Numbered from the stretch's first letter, positions 20,685-29,922 are shown. The stretch is 64,000 nucleotides of DNA from Patescibacteria group bacterium (GCA_052034495.1 JBPOIL010000003.1:18345-82344), one strand, 5' to 3'. Notes: generated by a model from the letters alone, not told the origin. Numbers and translations are program-made.

Positions 20685-21012
20685 CAGTAGGTGGATGAGG
20701 CTCGAGCAGCGATGCCCTTACCTCACCCACCCACCGACGGTCTTGCCAATTGGCACTCGAACCAGCGAGCAGATTCTGCCCTTTCAAGCGTGGCTGCTTC
20801 TAAGCCAGGCTACTGGATGTCTTGGCGCCCTTCGACAAGAAGAGTGTTCATGGTTCCGATCGGCCCGGATGGCCACGACGTAAGCCTCGTTGTTACCGCT
20901 ATCAGCTGGCAACGAGATTGGTGTGTGCTTGTTTCCCCAGTCGACAAGGAGCTACCGATCACACCTACGGCTGCTTGGTGGACGTTCCACCGGTGTTACC
21001 GCAAGCGGTTAC
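20685..21012 (-). ncRNA. Candidate ~330-nt highly structured RNA, family unidentified
   Basis: Many stems with G-U pairs only on the minus strand; extended -10 TGCTACAAT at 21019-21027. Confidence 0.55.
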
Positions 21013-21106
21013 TGCAATATTGTAGCATAGGATCAAGAGCTTGTTTGAATAATAACGTTGGTGGCACTCGATGGTGCGTGAATGCACACCATCGAGGCCG
21101 GTTGGC

Positions 21107-21574
21107 CTACTTGCTGTCCTCGTCTGGGACGTCGGGGGCGGGTGCCCAGACGATGATCACGTGGTCCGTGCAGTGCCTGCTGGTGACCACGTCGAGGGCC
21201 GCCGGTGCGGCACGCCAGGCGACCCTGTAGCCGTCCTGCACGAGCATCTGCTCCACGAAGTCCTGCTCGCCCGAGGACAGGCGCACAGTCACTGTGACCT
21301 TGTGATCCGGGTCCTGAGCGGCGATGATCTCCTGCCGGATGGCGTCGGTGATCTTGGCGAACTCCAGCTCCAGGCTGTTGGGCTCGTGGGCGGCCAGCCA
21401 GCGCGCGCGGTAGGCGCTTGGCAGGTCGGACGCGAAGTAGCTGAGTCGAGCGTCGCTGGGCACCTCGCGCAGAGCGGATGCCATGTCTTCCGCGAGGTTC
21501 ACACCCCCTGCTTCTCTCACCAGCTGCTGCCAGGCTTCGTTGCTCTCCCACACTGGGGCTTCGTCATCGTGCAT
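21107..21574 (-). CDS. Orphan protein, GC-rich cassette
   Basis: SD AAGGAG 7 nt before ATG 21574; TTGCGG-N17-CATAAT at 21610-21638; strong GC3 bias; hairpin 21067-21096 downstream. Confidence 0.7.
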   Translation of the reverse strand: MHDDEAPVWESNEAWQQLVREAGGVNLAEDMASALREVPSDARLSYFASDLPSAYRARWLAAHEPNSLELEFAKITDAIRQEIIAAQDPDHKVTVTVRLSSGEQDFVEQMLVQDGYRVAWRAAPAALDVVTSRHCTDHVIIVWAPAPDVPDEDSK

Positions 21575-21662
21575 GTGCACACTCCTTGATCGGTTGTAGG
21601 CCAAACCCCATTATGCCTTGCTGCGAATAGGCCCGCAAGCATGATCTTTGTAGCTCTCCCCC

Positions 21663-21806
21663 GTGACATTCGAATATCCTGGACGTGGTTCGGAGTACTC
21701 AGAACAGAACGCTCGAGGATTGTCTGAGTCTGGCCCCAGGCGAGTCCCGTAGAGCACTTCTGTTTGAGTACGGAGAAGCACCGCCAAGAGATGAGCCCCA
21801 TGTCGC
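21663..21806 (+). ncRNA. Candidate rod-shaped RNA 1
   Basis: Nested stems GTGACAT/ATGTCGC, GTACTCA-G-AACAGAA/TTCTGTTTGAGTAC, GCTC/GAGC, GGATT/AGTCC, GTCTG/CAGGC. Confidence 0.45.
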
Positions 21807-21903
21807 AAATACTTTTGACTACTTTTGGTATGTTCAAAAGTAGTAGGTATTGATTGTTTAGATTAAGTTACTTGTTCTTTTGAAAGGGCCAAAAGAACCT
21901 AAA

Positions 21904-22059
21904 GCCCTTCCGGCCATTGTCCTCGCATCAAGTGGTTCATTCAAGAAGAAATATATGGATTGATCTGCGGGGTTCGCTTGGATGCCAAGCTCTGCAATCC
22001 TCACTCATCCTTATATTCTTCTTTCACTCACGTCTTAAGCTGCGGGTGGCCGGGGCGGC
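21904..22059 (+). ncRNA. Candidate rod-shaped RNA 2 (6S-like architecture)
   Basis: Closing stem GCCCTTCCGGCC/GGCCGGGGCGGC, central bubble, AAGAAG-AATATA-GGAT/ATCC-TATATT-CTTCTT, TGCGGGGTT/AGCTCTGCA. Confidence 0.5.
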
Positions 22060-22068
22060 AGTAAAGGC

Positions 22069-23349
22069 TTATTCCCCAGCGATGGCGTGCTTACCAAGCC
22101 GTAGCGGCGACTTCCATACACTACCATTCTCTGGCTCACCGAGTAGCCGTTGTGGCCGAACCAAGCAGCGGATAATTGCAACGATCTGCACCACGTTCAT
22201 AATGTAGAACACGAAATACATTGCCGGCACGTACAAGCTCAGGCTGGCTTTGCGTTTGGCGCTAATATGCTCGTCCGACCAAAGGGTGATCAGAATAATG
22301 CCCGAGATCGCCATGTAGGCGCCGAATAGTAGCCCGAAGGACAGCTGAGAAACTGACAGCGCCACCAGGTATAGCACGATGAGTGGTTCAATTATGAGGA
22401 GTATTTCTGCCAGGAACGCCATCGGCAGGCGGTAAAACGTTAGCATCTTACTGTATTGATTTGAACGCGCGAATGTAAGCCGCCGGAACTTAATGAGGTT
22501 CTGCAAGCTGCCAAGCTTCCAGCGATAGCGCTGGCTCATAAGAGCCCTGAAGCTTTGTACGCCTTCCGTCATGGCCAAGATGTCGGCACCGTAAACAATG
22601 CGGTGGTTCTTGTTGCCGAGCGCAGCTATCTTAAGGCTCAAGCTAATGTCTTCGGTGGCCGAATCAGTGTCGTAATGACCCACGCGCGACATCACGCTAC
22701 GGCGAAAAGTCGACGCCACCCCGCCGACAATAAATTCGCTATTAGTAATTGAATAAAACTTTTTGGACCGGTAGCCAATCATATGCTCAAAGCGCTGCAG
22801 TAGGCCGAGCACGCTGGCTTGGTGCAGAATGCGCACGTTGGCGGCTACACCCGCAACTTTAGGGTCGTCAAAGTAGCGCACCGCGCGGGAAATGGCATGG
22901 CGGTCAATGAACGAATCGGCGTCTAGCGTCATGACCAGTTCCCCGCGCGCGTAGCGGCGCAATGCTGAATTGAGCGCACGCGCCTTCCCGACGTTTTTAT
23001 GTTTGCTGACCAGCTGGAAACTTCGGGTAGGGTGCTTGGCTATGTAGGCCTCTACAATCTTGCGCGTATCGTCGGTCGAGGCATCGTTTACAATAACCAC
23101 TTGGGTTTTGCGATAGGTATTTACCCGAATCGATTCCAGACAACGCACAATGGTTAGTGCTTCATTATGGGCAGGTACCAAGACTGTTACGAGTGGTACG
23201 GCACGGTGCTTGCGGCGTTTGCCGCCACTATGCTGCTTCATAGCCCGCACGTCGTATATATTCGCACCGACCAAATAAAAGCCATAGTGTAGCATGCTGA
23301 TAATACTTAGCGTCACAAACAAATAGAATACAACTACGCCGATACTCAC
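22069..23349 (-). CDS. Processive GT2 glycosyltransferase (PgaC/IcaA-like)
   Basis: VPAHNE, NDASTD, GKARALN, DAD, TED, QRYRW, TM helices. Confidence 0.9.
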   Translation of the reverse strand: MSIGVVVFYLFVTLSIISMLHYGFYLVGANIYDVRAMKQHSGGKRRKHRAVPLVTVLVPAHNEALTIVRCLESIRVNTYRKTQVVIVNDASTDDTRKIVEAYIAKHPTRSFQLVSKHKNVGKARALNSALRRYARGELVMTLDADSFIDRHAISRAVRYFDDPKVAGVAANVRILHQASVLGLLQRFEHMIGYRSKKFYSITNSEFIVGGVASTFRRSVMSRVGHYDTDSATEDISLSLKIAALGNKNHRIVYGADILAMTEGVQSFRALMSQRYRWKLGSLQNLIKFRRLTFARSNQYSKMLTFYRLPMAFLAEILLIIEPLIVLYLVALSVSQLSFGLLFGAYMAISGIILITLWSDEHISAKRKASLSLYVPAMYFVFYIMNVVQIVAIIRCLVRPQRLLGEPENGSVWKSPLRLGKHAIAGE

Positions 23350-23924
23350 TCCTCTACCCTCGTCAGCTTAAATGATACGAGCAGTCGGTTCTGATCCCAT
23401 GTCCCCGAACATGTCTGCACGGTCAGGATGGGTGGCCCTGTGTAATAAAACAAGCGGTCATCATAGGGGTTGGTCTCGTAACGCGAGCTCATGGTGTATA
23501 CGAACCGATGGCCGCCTTCACCCAGCAGAATGAATTCATCGCCCTCGGCGAGTTCGCTCAGTCGGCCAAACACTGCCGGGTAGTTGTGTGCGTAAATAAA
23601 TGTGTTACCTTCTTTATTGTTGGCGCGCGGCGTAATGGTCGCCCACTGCGCACGCGTGTTGCTCAGGTTCCAAGTTTTTGATACGGGGTTATAGAATCCC
23701 TCATCGATTTCCAAGAACAAATTCAGCTTTGGCACATATAAGCCAACTGGCCGCTCGGCTACTTTGTAGGTAACTGCGCCGGAGGATTTTGTTGCTGCGG
23801 TTGGCGCAGCGGCAGGCTTGGGTTGACGTGGGCTGAAGAGCTGGCTGTCTGCCTGGGCAGATAACACGAACCCGCCACCCAGGATCAGTGCTATGCCAAT
23901 GGTAAGAATCAATATACGTTTCAT
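23346..23924 (-). CDS. Sortase
   Basis: N-terminal TM, catalytic H (YAHN), C (LTVQTC), R (QNRL). Confidence 0.88.
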   Translation of the reverse strand: MKRILILTIGIALILGGGFVLSAQADSQLFSPRQPKPAAAPTAATKSSGAVTYKVAERPVGLYVPKLNLFLEIDEGFYNPVSKTWNLSNTRAQWATITPRANNKEGNTFIYAHNYPAVFGRLSELAEGDEFILLGEGGHRFVYTMSSRYETNPYDDRLFYYTGPPILTVQTCSGTWDQNRLLVSFKLTRVEE

Positions 23925-23960
23925 GATAATTCCTGCTAGAGCCCTCCACTCTAGTCCGGC

Positions 23961-24167
23961 TTACTTGTAAGCCTTGTGTGCCATACTGCGCCAAACTGTG
24001 CTGGCTACAATGGCAGTGCCGACTGCGATGCTAACGGCCGCTAGGGCGTCGATCATCCACAGTGCACCGGTATTTGGTAGAACGATTGCTGCTGTGGTTG
24101 TAGCTGCTGCAACTGCACCAGCGCCACCACTTGTGCCACCGCCCCCACCACCCATACCTCCGTACAT
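23961..24167 (-). CDS. 68-aa Gly-rich peptide with LPXTG sorting signal
   Basis: MYGGMGGGGGG...LPNTG + hydrophobic helix + basic tail (RSMAHKAYK); SD AAGGAGGT. Confidence 0.8.
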   Translation of the reverse strand: MYGGMGGGGGGTSGGAGAVAAATTTAAIVLPNTGALWMIDALAAVSIAVGTAIVASTVWRSMAHKAYK

Positions 24168-24324
24168 GGTGACCTCCTTCGGGCATTAAAAAAGAGGGCA
24201 ATTGCGCGACCATTTACCACCTAAGTGACAAATGAATCAGGCAATTCACCCTCTGATATCCATAATACGCCCTACTTGCTATCAAGTAAACAACATTGTA
24301 TAACTGCTTATGCTTCAGGCTAGG

Positions 24325-26049
24325 TTATGGCTTTGCGAACCAGCGTACGGAATCAATGTGGCCACTTGTTCCGCTGTTGCCAGCTACGATCATTTGCCAG
24401 CTTGCCTTGGCAACGGCCGCGCTCGTCGGCGTGTAGTCAAAGCTATAGTCTCCGCTGTAGGTCTGCCCTATGCTGGCCTTGTACTGGCCACTTATCCAGT
24501 TGCCCGCTGCGTCGTATTCGTCGATGTAGAAGCCCACTACCCCGCTCGTAATTGCCTCAACTGATAACCACTGTTTAATCTGGTATGTTTTTGTAGCTTC
24601 CAAACGAACGACTGGCGAGAATAGATGGCTATTGGCCGCGGTCGCTGTAAAGGCCATTGCTGACTGGTTGGGCTGACCGCCTAGCGTTGCGATAACTGCC
24701 GATATGCTCGACGGGCTGCCTGTGCGCCAGCCATCACTCAGTCCGCCCTCGAAGCCGCCATTTGGCATTATGTTTACCGGTTCTGGAGTTGGTTCGGGCA
24801 CAGGCGGTGGGGTAACTTCTCGACCCTGGCTGATCCACTGGACGTTATCTATGAATGCCTTCGCGCCAGAGTTGGCAGTGACAAACACTTGCAAGCGAGC
24901 CTGAGCTACTGCAATCGAGGTTGGTACGTATTCAAAGTTGAGGTTCTCTACAAACACGCTGTTTTCGCCGCGCTTATATTGACCACTAATCCAGTTGCCG
25001 GCCGCGTCGTATTCATCGATGTAGAAGCCGACTTCCCCACTGGCAATCCGTACTACGTTCAAGAAGCTCTTAATTACGTAGGCCTGCCCGGCCTGGATAT
25101 CGACTTTGGGCGCAAACAAATGCTTGTTGGTGGTACCACTATTTATCTCGGTTGATTGTGCAGCATTCGGATAGCTCCCCTTGTTTTGGGTATTCGGCTT
25201 AATGAGTGCTGGTGCGTCAGTTGTCCAGCCAGCTCCAAGCCCACTCGTGAAGTCGCCATTCGGTAGTAAGTTTTGCCCACTCGCCAACCCGCGACTCACG
25301 GTCGTGGACGCTACCCCTTGTGCTGCCGCATAGGCCGCAATTGCCTCTAGGTCGGCACTGCTGTATTGAAAGTCGTTCGGATCAGCGCTTGGCGTGGGGC
25401 TAATGTCGTGGAAGGCCAAGATCAGCCACAGATTATTAGCCTTGGCGTGGTCGATGTAGCTCTTTACTTGATCAACCGACACCCCGGCCTGGACTTGCTG
25501 CACATAGAGCAAGTAGTCGTTGTATGGGAAGCTATTGTAGCCGGTGTCGGCAAAGCCGCGGTGCGATGAGTAGCTGCGTGCTACGGCTGCAACTACGTTA
25601 TTGTTGTAATCGCCGTACGGTGAGCAGTAGGCATCGGCCGTAATGCCGCGGCTGGTTAGGGCGTTCTTGCTATTAATGAGTTCTTGGCTTACCTTGGCGG
25701 CCGTAAGCGTAGTCATAGCCTTGTGCGTTACAGTATGGCTACCGACTTCCCAGCCGTATTGGTCTTGCAAAGCTTTAATCTGTGTCCAGTTCATAAACCC
25801 AAAGCTTTTTTCGACCGGGCATTGTTTGGTCGGGGTGCCCACGCAGCTTGTTATAGGATAGCTGGTACCAACCAAGCCGTACTTGGCGAGCGTCGGTGCG
25901 GCTATAGCAAAGGTGCTTCTAAACCCGTCGTCGAAGGTAAAGCTGACCTGGGCGCTCGCCTGCGTCGCAGCATGTGCGCTCGGAGCAGCTACACTTAATA
26001 CCGCCACCCAGGCCAGGCTGATTATGATTTGTGCGAATCGCTTTTTCAT
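24325..26049 (-). CDS. Secreted polysaccharide deacetylase (NodB/CE4) with two CBM-like repeats
   Basis: Signal peptide, TFDDG, GSHTVTH, PYG, FHDI; GFYIDEYDAAGNWISGQYK occurs twice. Confidence 0.88.
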   Translation of the reverse strand: MKKRFAQIIISLAWVAVLSVAAPSAHAATQASAQVSFTFDDGFRSTFAIAAPTLAKYGLVGTSYPITSCVGTPTKQCPVEKSFGFMNWTQIKALQDQYGWEVGSHTVTHKAMTTLTAAKVSQELINSKNALTSRGITADAYCSPYGDYNNNVVAAVARSYSSHRGFADTGYNSFPYNDYLLYVQQVQAGVSVDQVKSYIDHAKANNLWLILAFHDISPTPSADPNDFQYSSADLEAIAAYAAAQGVASTTVSRGLASGQNLLPNGDFTSGLGAGWTTDAPALIKPNTQNKGSYPNAAQSTEINSGTTNKHLFAPKVDIQAGQAYVIKSFLNVVRIASGEVGFYIDEYDAAGNWISGQYKRGENSVFVENLNFEYVPTSIAVAQARLQVFVTANSGAKAFIDNVQWISQGREVTPPPVPEPTPEPVNIMPNGGFEGGLSDGWRTGSPSSISAVIATLGGQPNQSAMAFTATAANSHLFSPVVRLEATKTYQIKQWLSVEAITSGVVGFYIDEYDAAGNWISGQYKASIGQTYSGDYSFDYTPTSAAVAKASWQMIVAGNSGTSGHIDSVRWFAKP

Positions 26050-26154
26050 TTTGTTTACACGCGTCGTTTATCCCGGCGCTTCCTTATGACCTAATTATCA
26101 AACTGGATCTGCCATACTGCAAGCTTGAGTGGATTGCTGCAGAATAAAAACTTT

Positions 26155-26206
26155 AAAACAGAAGAAGCCCACGGGGTCGGACCAATTGGTCTTCTTCCGT
26201 GGGCTT
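26155..26206 (-). terminator. Intrinsic terminator
   Basis: AAGCCCACGG...CCGTGGGCTT then CTTCTGTTTT. Confidence 0.65.
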
Positions 26207-26230
26207 GATGCTCAGTGCCCACTGTTGGCG

Positions 26231-26665
26231 TCACGCCATGTACTCGGCGAGCACGCGCTCGTGCTCCCGGCGGTAGTACTCATCGCTGCCTGGGGCAACC
26301 ATGAGACTCCCGGGTGAACGCCAGATCTCCCTGGCGGTCAGGCCGATCACGATCGGAGATGCGAACCCTGCGTAGAAGCAGAGCGTGATCATCCAGCCGA
26401 AGGGCCAGACGTCACTCCGCATCTGCGCGAGCACCTGCTGGCACTCCTCCATCCCGAAGCGAACGACGGGGTTCAGGGTACCGATGGCGATGGCGACGGT
26501 GCCGATGGTCAGGTACGCCCAGCGCCAGATGTGGCGGGACTTGTTGCTGGCCAGGGCGCCGAGGATCATCCGGGCCCCGACGATCCCGACCGCGACTGCG
26601 GCGAGGAAGAGGGCGATGAACACGCCATCCTGGACCTTGCTGGAAACTTCTTGGACTGCGAGCAT
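26231..26665 (-). CDS. Three-TM orphan membrane protein, GC-rich cassette
   Basis: SD AGGAGGAG before ATG 26665; TTGACA-N17-TAATAT at 26713-26741. Confidence 0.7.
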   Translation of the reverse strand: MLAVQEVSSKVQDGVFIALFLAAVAVGIVGARMILGALASNKSRHIWRWAYLTIGTVAIAIGTLNPVVRFGMEECQQVLAQMRSDVWPFGWMITLCFYAGFASPIVIGLTAREIWRSPGSLMVAPGSDEYYRREHERVLAEYMA

Positions 26666-26794
26666 TCCTGCTCCTCCTGCGTGTTGTGTGAGTGGGTCAA
26701 TGAACTCAGCACATATTAACATGCTTATGCTAAATTGTCAAGCCAATGATTGCTACATCTCTTTACCCTAAATTTTCGAGAATTGCCATGCAGT

Positions 26795-27484
26795 CTACAC
26801 ATCGTCAAAATGTCGAATACCGACAAAGCGGTAGTTACGGTAGAACTTTTTGAAAAACTTTCGGGCTACACTGTGAATCTTATCGCTGTACTTATCAACC
26901 ACTTCTAGCTTTGCCTCGTTCATAACCATTCGTTTGCGCGCGTTTCGTCGCATGGCTTTCATGAATGTCGGGTACAGGCTATTGTCCCGCGCTGCATACT
27001 GCCATATGAGTTTATGATTATAGCGCCCACTTTCGTTGTCGTATCGTATTTGTGCCTCATGGGCATACTCTGCAGGAACCCCAAGCGCTTGTAAGCATAT
27101 TTCCAGCCGATTCTCGATGAATGTAATGATGTCCGGCGACCCTTTTGTGCGGGGATCATCCGGTGCAACGTTTGATTGCCAGGCGGTGTCTGCCCCCATT
27201 TGCGCTGAGTAGCAATACTGCAATAAGAGTAGATAGTACGTGCCTTCTTCTGCCAGTATCGCGCAGTCGCTGTCGCTCAGCGCATGCTGGTGGTCTATGC
27301 GACGTATGTAGTTAGTCCCGGCTTGCGTTACCCCTTCTTCCTCGAGCAACTTTCTGAACGCTGGCGGTATATCGGTTTTGTTGCGTGGTAAGAACATTGC
27401 AAGGTCTACAAAGAACCCTACTACGTCGAGGATGGATATCGGCTGTTTTTGGCTCGTGTCACCGGGTTTTACTATGTGTGCCAT
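26795..27484 (-). CDS. Hypothetical protein
   Basis: 229-aa ORF, TAGAAT 6 nt before ATG (leaderless pattern). Confidence 0.65.
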   Translation of the reverse strand: MAHIVKPGDTSQKQPISILDVVGFFVDLAMFLPRNKTDIPPAFRKLLEEEGVTQAGTNYIRRIDHQHALSDSDCAILAEEGTYYLLLLQYCYSAQMGADTAWQSNVAPDDPRTKGSPDIITFIENRLEICLQALGVPAEYAHEAQIRYDNESGRYNHKLIWQYAARDNSLYPTFMKAMRRNARKRMVMNEAKLEVVDKYSDKIHSVARKFFKKFYRNYRFVGIRHFDDV

Positions 27485-27543
27485 ATGTTCATTCTATTCT
27501 GCCGAACGCCGGCTGGGCGGGTAGTGGCACGAGTCTATGTATT

Positions 27544-28737
27544 TTAAGTTTGCGAACTATCATTTAACTCACTGAACTTAGCGGCCATTGTGTCATTGTC
27601 TCGGGTGAGCTTCTTGACGGTTAGCTCGTCGGCTTTGTTATTCGCCAAGCGCAAGTTGTCTTCTGATCGCAGCAGGTTCTCTTTGGTCTTTTGGAGCTGC
27701 ACAATCGATTTGTCGATGCTCTCAATGGCGGTTTTGAACTTTTCTGAAGCCAAACGGTAGTTTCTGCCAAATGAATCGCGGAAGTCATTGAGTTGGGCTT
27801 CGAAGTTCGTTACGTCTATGTACTGCGCCTTTACGAGTGCGAGCTCGGACTTATACTGCAGCGAATTCAGCGCGGCGTTACGCAAGAGTGTAATCATCGG
27901 TATGAAGAACTGCGGGCGAATCACGTACATCTTGGGGTGCCGGTGCGAAACGTCTACAATTCCCGTGTTGTAGAGCTCGTTGTCGGCCTCGAGCAGCGAT
28001 ACAAGCACGGCGTACTCACAGCTCTTTTCATTGCGATCCTTATCGAGCTCCCGCAGGAAGTCCTCATTCTTCTTTTTAGTAGCTGTTTCGTCACTCTCGT
28101 TCTTCATCTCGAACATAATCGAGACTATCTCGTTGCCAGCATCATCCGTTTCGCGGTATATATAGTCACCCTTACTTCCGGTACTGGCGTCATTATCTTT
28201 TTCGAAGTAGGCGTTCGGGAATGCAGTTGCTCTGAGCTTATTAAATTCTGTCTCGCAGTGCTGCTCCAGTGTTTCGCCAACCATCTTGGTCGACAGTCGA
28301 GCCTTCATATCTTTATACTGGGCGATTGTCTCGTCTTTTTGCCTAAGTTCAGCCTCGTACTTATCTTTCATAGAGGCCTCTAGGAGTTGCTTCTCGGTGT
28401 CCTTCGAGCTCAGCTTGTGGACTAACTCATCGCGCTCTTTCTCTACTGTCTTTAGTGCCTGGGCGACAGCTAGCTGCTTGGATGTATCAGACAACTCCAG
28501 TTGGGCCTTCACTCGAGCAACTTCGGCGTCTCGCTTACTTATCTCTTCTTGCAGTTCGTTTTTAACCTTAGCTTCTGCGAGCTGCACGGCATTCACCTTT
28601 TCTTTTTCTAGCAGCTCCAGTCGTTCGTGAATCTCTTTTTCAAACTCACTGGTGCGGACTTGCTTTAGGATATCGGCATACCCTGCCTCATCAATAGTGA
28701 ATGACTTTTTACAATGCGGACATATAATTTCGTTCAT
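27544..28737 (-). CDS. DUF2130 domain coiled-coil protein
   Basis: MNEIICPHC, STKMVGETLEQHCE, SIMFEMKNE, CEYAVLVSLLE. Confidence 0.88.
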   Translation of the reverse strand: MNEIICPHCKKSFTIDEAGYADILKQVRTSEFEKEIHERLELLEKEKVNAVQLAEAKVKNELQEEISKRDAEVARVKAQLELSDTSKQLAVAQALKTVEKERDELVHKLSSKDTEKQLLEASMKDKYEAELRQKDETIAQYKDMKARLSTKMVGETLEQHCETEFNKLRATAFPNAYFEKDNDASTGSKGDYIYRETDDAGNEIVSIMFEMKNESDETATKKKNEDFLRELDKDRNEKSCEYAVLVSLLEADNELYNTGIVDVSHRHPKMYVIRPQFFIPMITLLRNAALNSLQYKSELALVKAQYIDVTNFEAQLNDFRDSFGRNYRLASEKFKTAIESIDKSIVQLQKTKENLLRSEDNLRLANNKADELTVKKLTRDNDTMAAKFSELNDSSQT

Positions 28738-28755
28738 TACATATAGCTCCTTCTA

Positions 28756-29172
28756 TTACTCAATTATAGCCCTGTTCGCTCGTTGGTTGTACTCATTCGC
28801 AAGTTGTTCCAGGTGCGCTTCGGCCTGTTTGGGAGATCGGCATAGCTTTGATGCTTCGTGGAGACTTCCCGTTTTTGTGTCTACTACAGTTACGCCATAC
28901 ACCGTGTCTCCAAGTGCATCCATGCCCTTGGAGAGTTCGACTTCGAGTTCGCCGATAGTGTAATAGTCCAGAATATCCGGCGTCATTTCGTTTACACCTT
29001 GCAAATGACTTTTTATAAACGAACCGTCACTTTGCTTAAGGCCAGCCTTTTTCGTGTTCCCAAGACCCTGTTTGGGCATAGTATGAATGAATGTTACTTC
29101 AATCGACTTGTCTTTTCTGTTTGCCGACTTGGTCATGACCTTATTGTACTCCGCCACAAGCTTTTGTGGCAT
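28756..29172 (-). CDS. Hypothetical protein
   Basis: 138-aa ORF co-oriented with neighbours. Confidence 0.55.
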   Translation of the reverse strand: MPQKLVAEYNKVMTKSANRKDKSIEVTFIHTMPKQGLGNTKKAGLKQSDGSFIKSHLQGVNEMTPDILDYYTIGELEVELSKGMDALGDTVYGVTVVDTKTGSLHEASKLCRSPKQAEAHLEQLANEYNQRANRAIIE

Positions 29173-29227
29173 GGTAGAATTCTTTTTACTGATTAGTAGC
29201 CTTAGAGTGTCTCGTAGTAATCTTTAA

Positions 29228-29839
29228 CTATGAGTGCCATGAGCTTGCGGCGTTCCTGCATAAAATGGTGAGGTTGTGTGATGACATGAATGTGGTTCCG
29301 CCGCGTTTTTTGTGCTCAGCGAGTAGGCCATAGAAAATCTCTTGCATCAGCGGGTCAAGGCCGCTGGTCGGTTCGTCTAGTATGAGGAGCTTTGGTTTGT
29401 GGGCTAGGGCGGCAATAATCCCGATCTTCTGCCTGTTTCCGCGCGAAAGGTTTTTGATCTTTGGCTTAAGGTCGGCCTGTAAGGTGTCGGCCAGGCGGTT
29501 TACCTCTGTCATGTCAGTTTCGCCCTGCAGGCGCATTATGTATTTGAGGTAGTTCCAGCCACTTAGCCCGGTATACATGGCCATGTCACCGGCTAGGTAG
29601 CCAATAGTTTTGTGGACGTCCACGTAGTGCTTTTCGCTGTCTTTGCCGAATACATGAATCCTGCCCGCGGTAGGACTAATGTGATTCAGGATAAGGCGGA
29701 TGGTCGTAGTTTTGCCCGCACCGTTTGGGCCCAGAAAGCCGAATATCTCGCCTTCTTTGACGTCAATGCTGACATTGTCGACCGCGGTCTTTTTGCCAAA
29801 CTTCTTACTAAGGCGGGAGATCTTGATGGCATTCTTCAT
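29228..29839 (-). pseudogene. 3'-truncated ABC-2 transporter ATP-binding subunit
   Basis: GPNGAGKTT, LSRGN, LDEPTSGLDP, SSHNL then abrupt unrelated tail; no permease adjacent. Confidence 0.65.
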
Positions 29840-29922
29840 AGTGCTATTTTACTCTCTTCTCACCAGTTCGTAACCATTGACAGATTAACGAAAACATCGT
29901 GGCATTAACGCACGCGGTAACG

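Noticed and set aside
20685-21012. RNase P, tmRNA or SRP identity (GTGGAACGTCC, CCTGGCTTA, TCCACCA, GAAGCAGCC look-alikes)
   Set aside because: RNase P P4 pairing does not close, no tRNA-like acceptor/T-arm before TCCACCA, SRP helix-8 motif incomplete
20691-21230. 179-aa plus-strand ORF
   Set aside because: Atypical composition, no RBS, overlaps the 21107 gene and the structured RNA candidate
24481-25035. Direct DNA repeat in the deacetylase gene
   Set aside because: Explained by duplication of the CBM-like domain; differences look synonymous rather than DGR-like, and no reverse transcriptase is in the window
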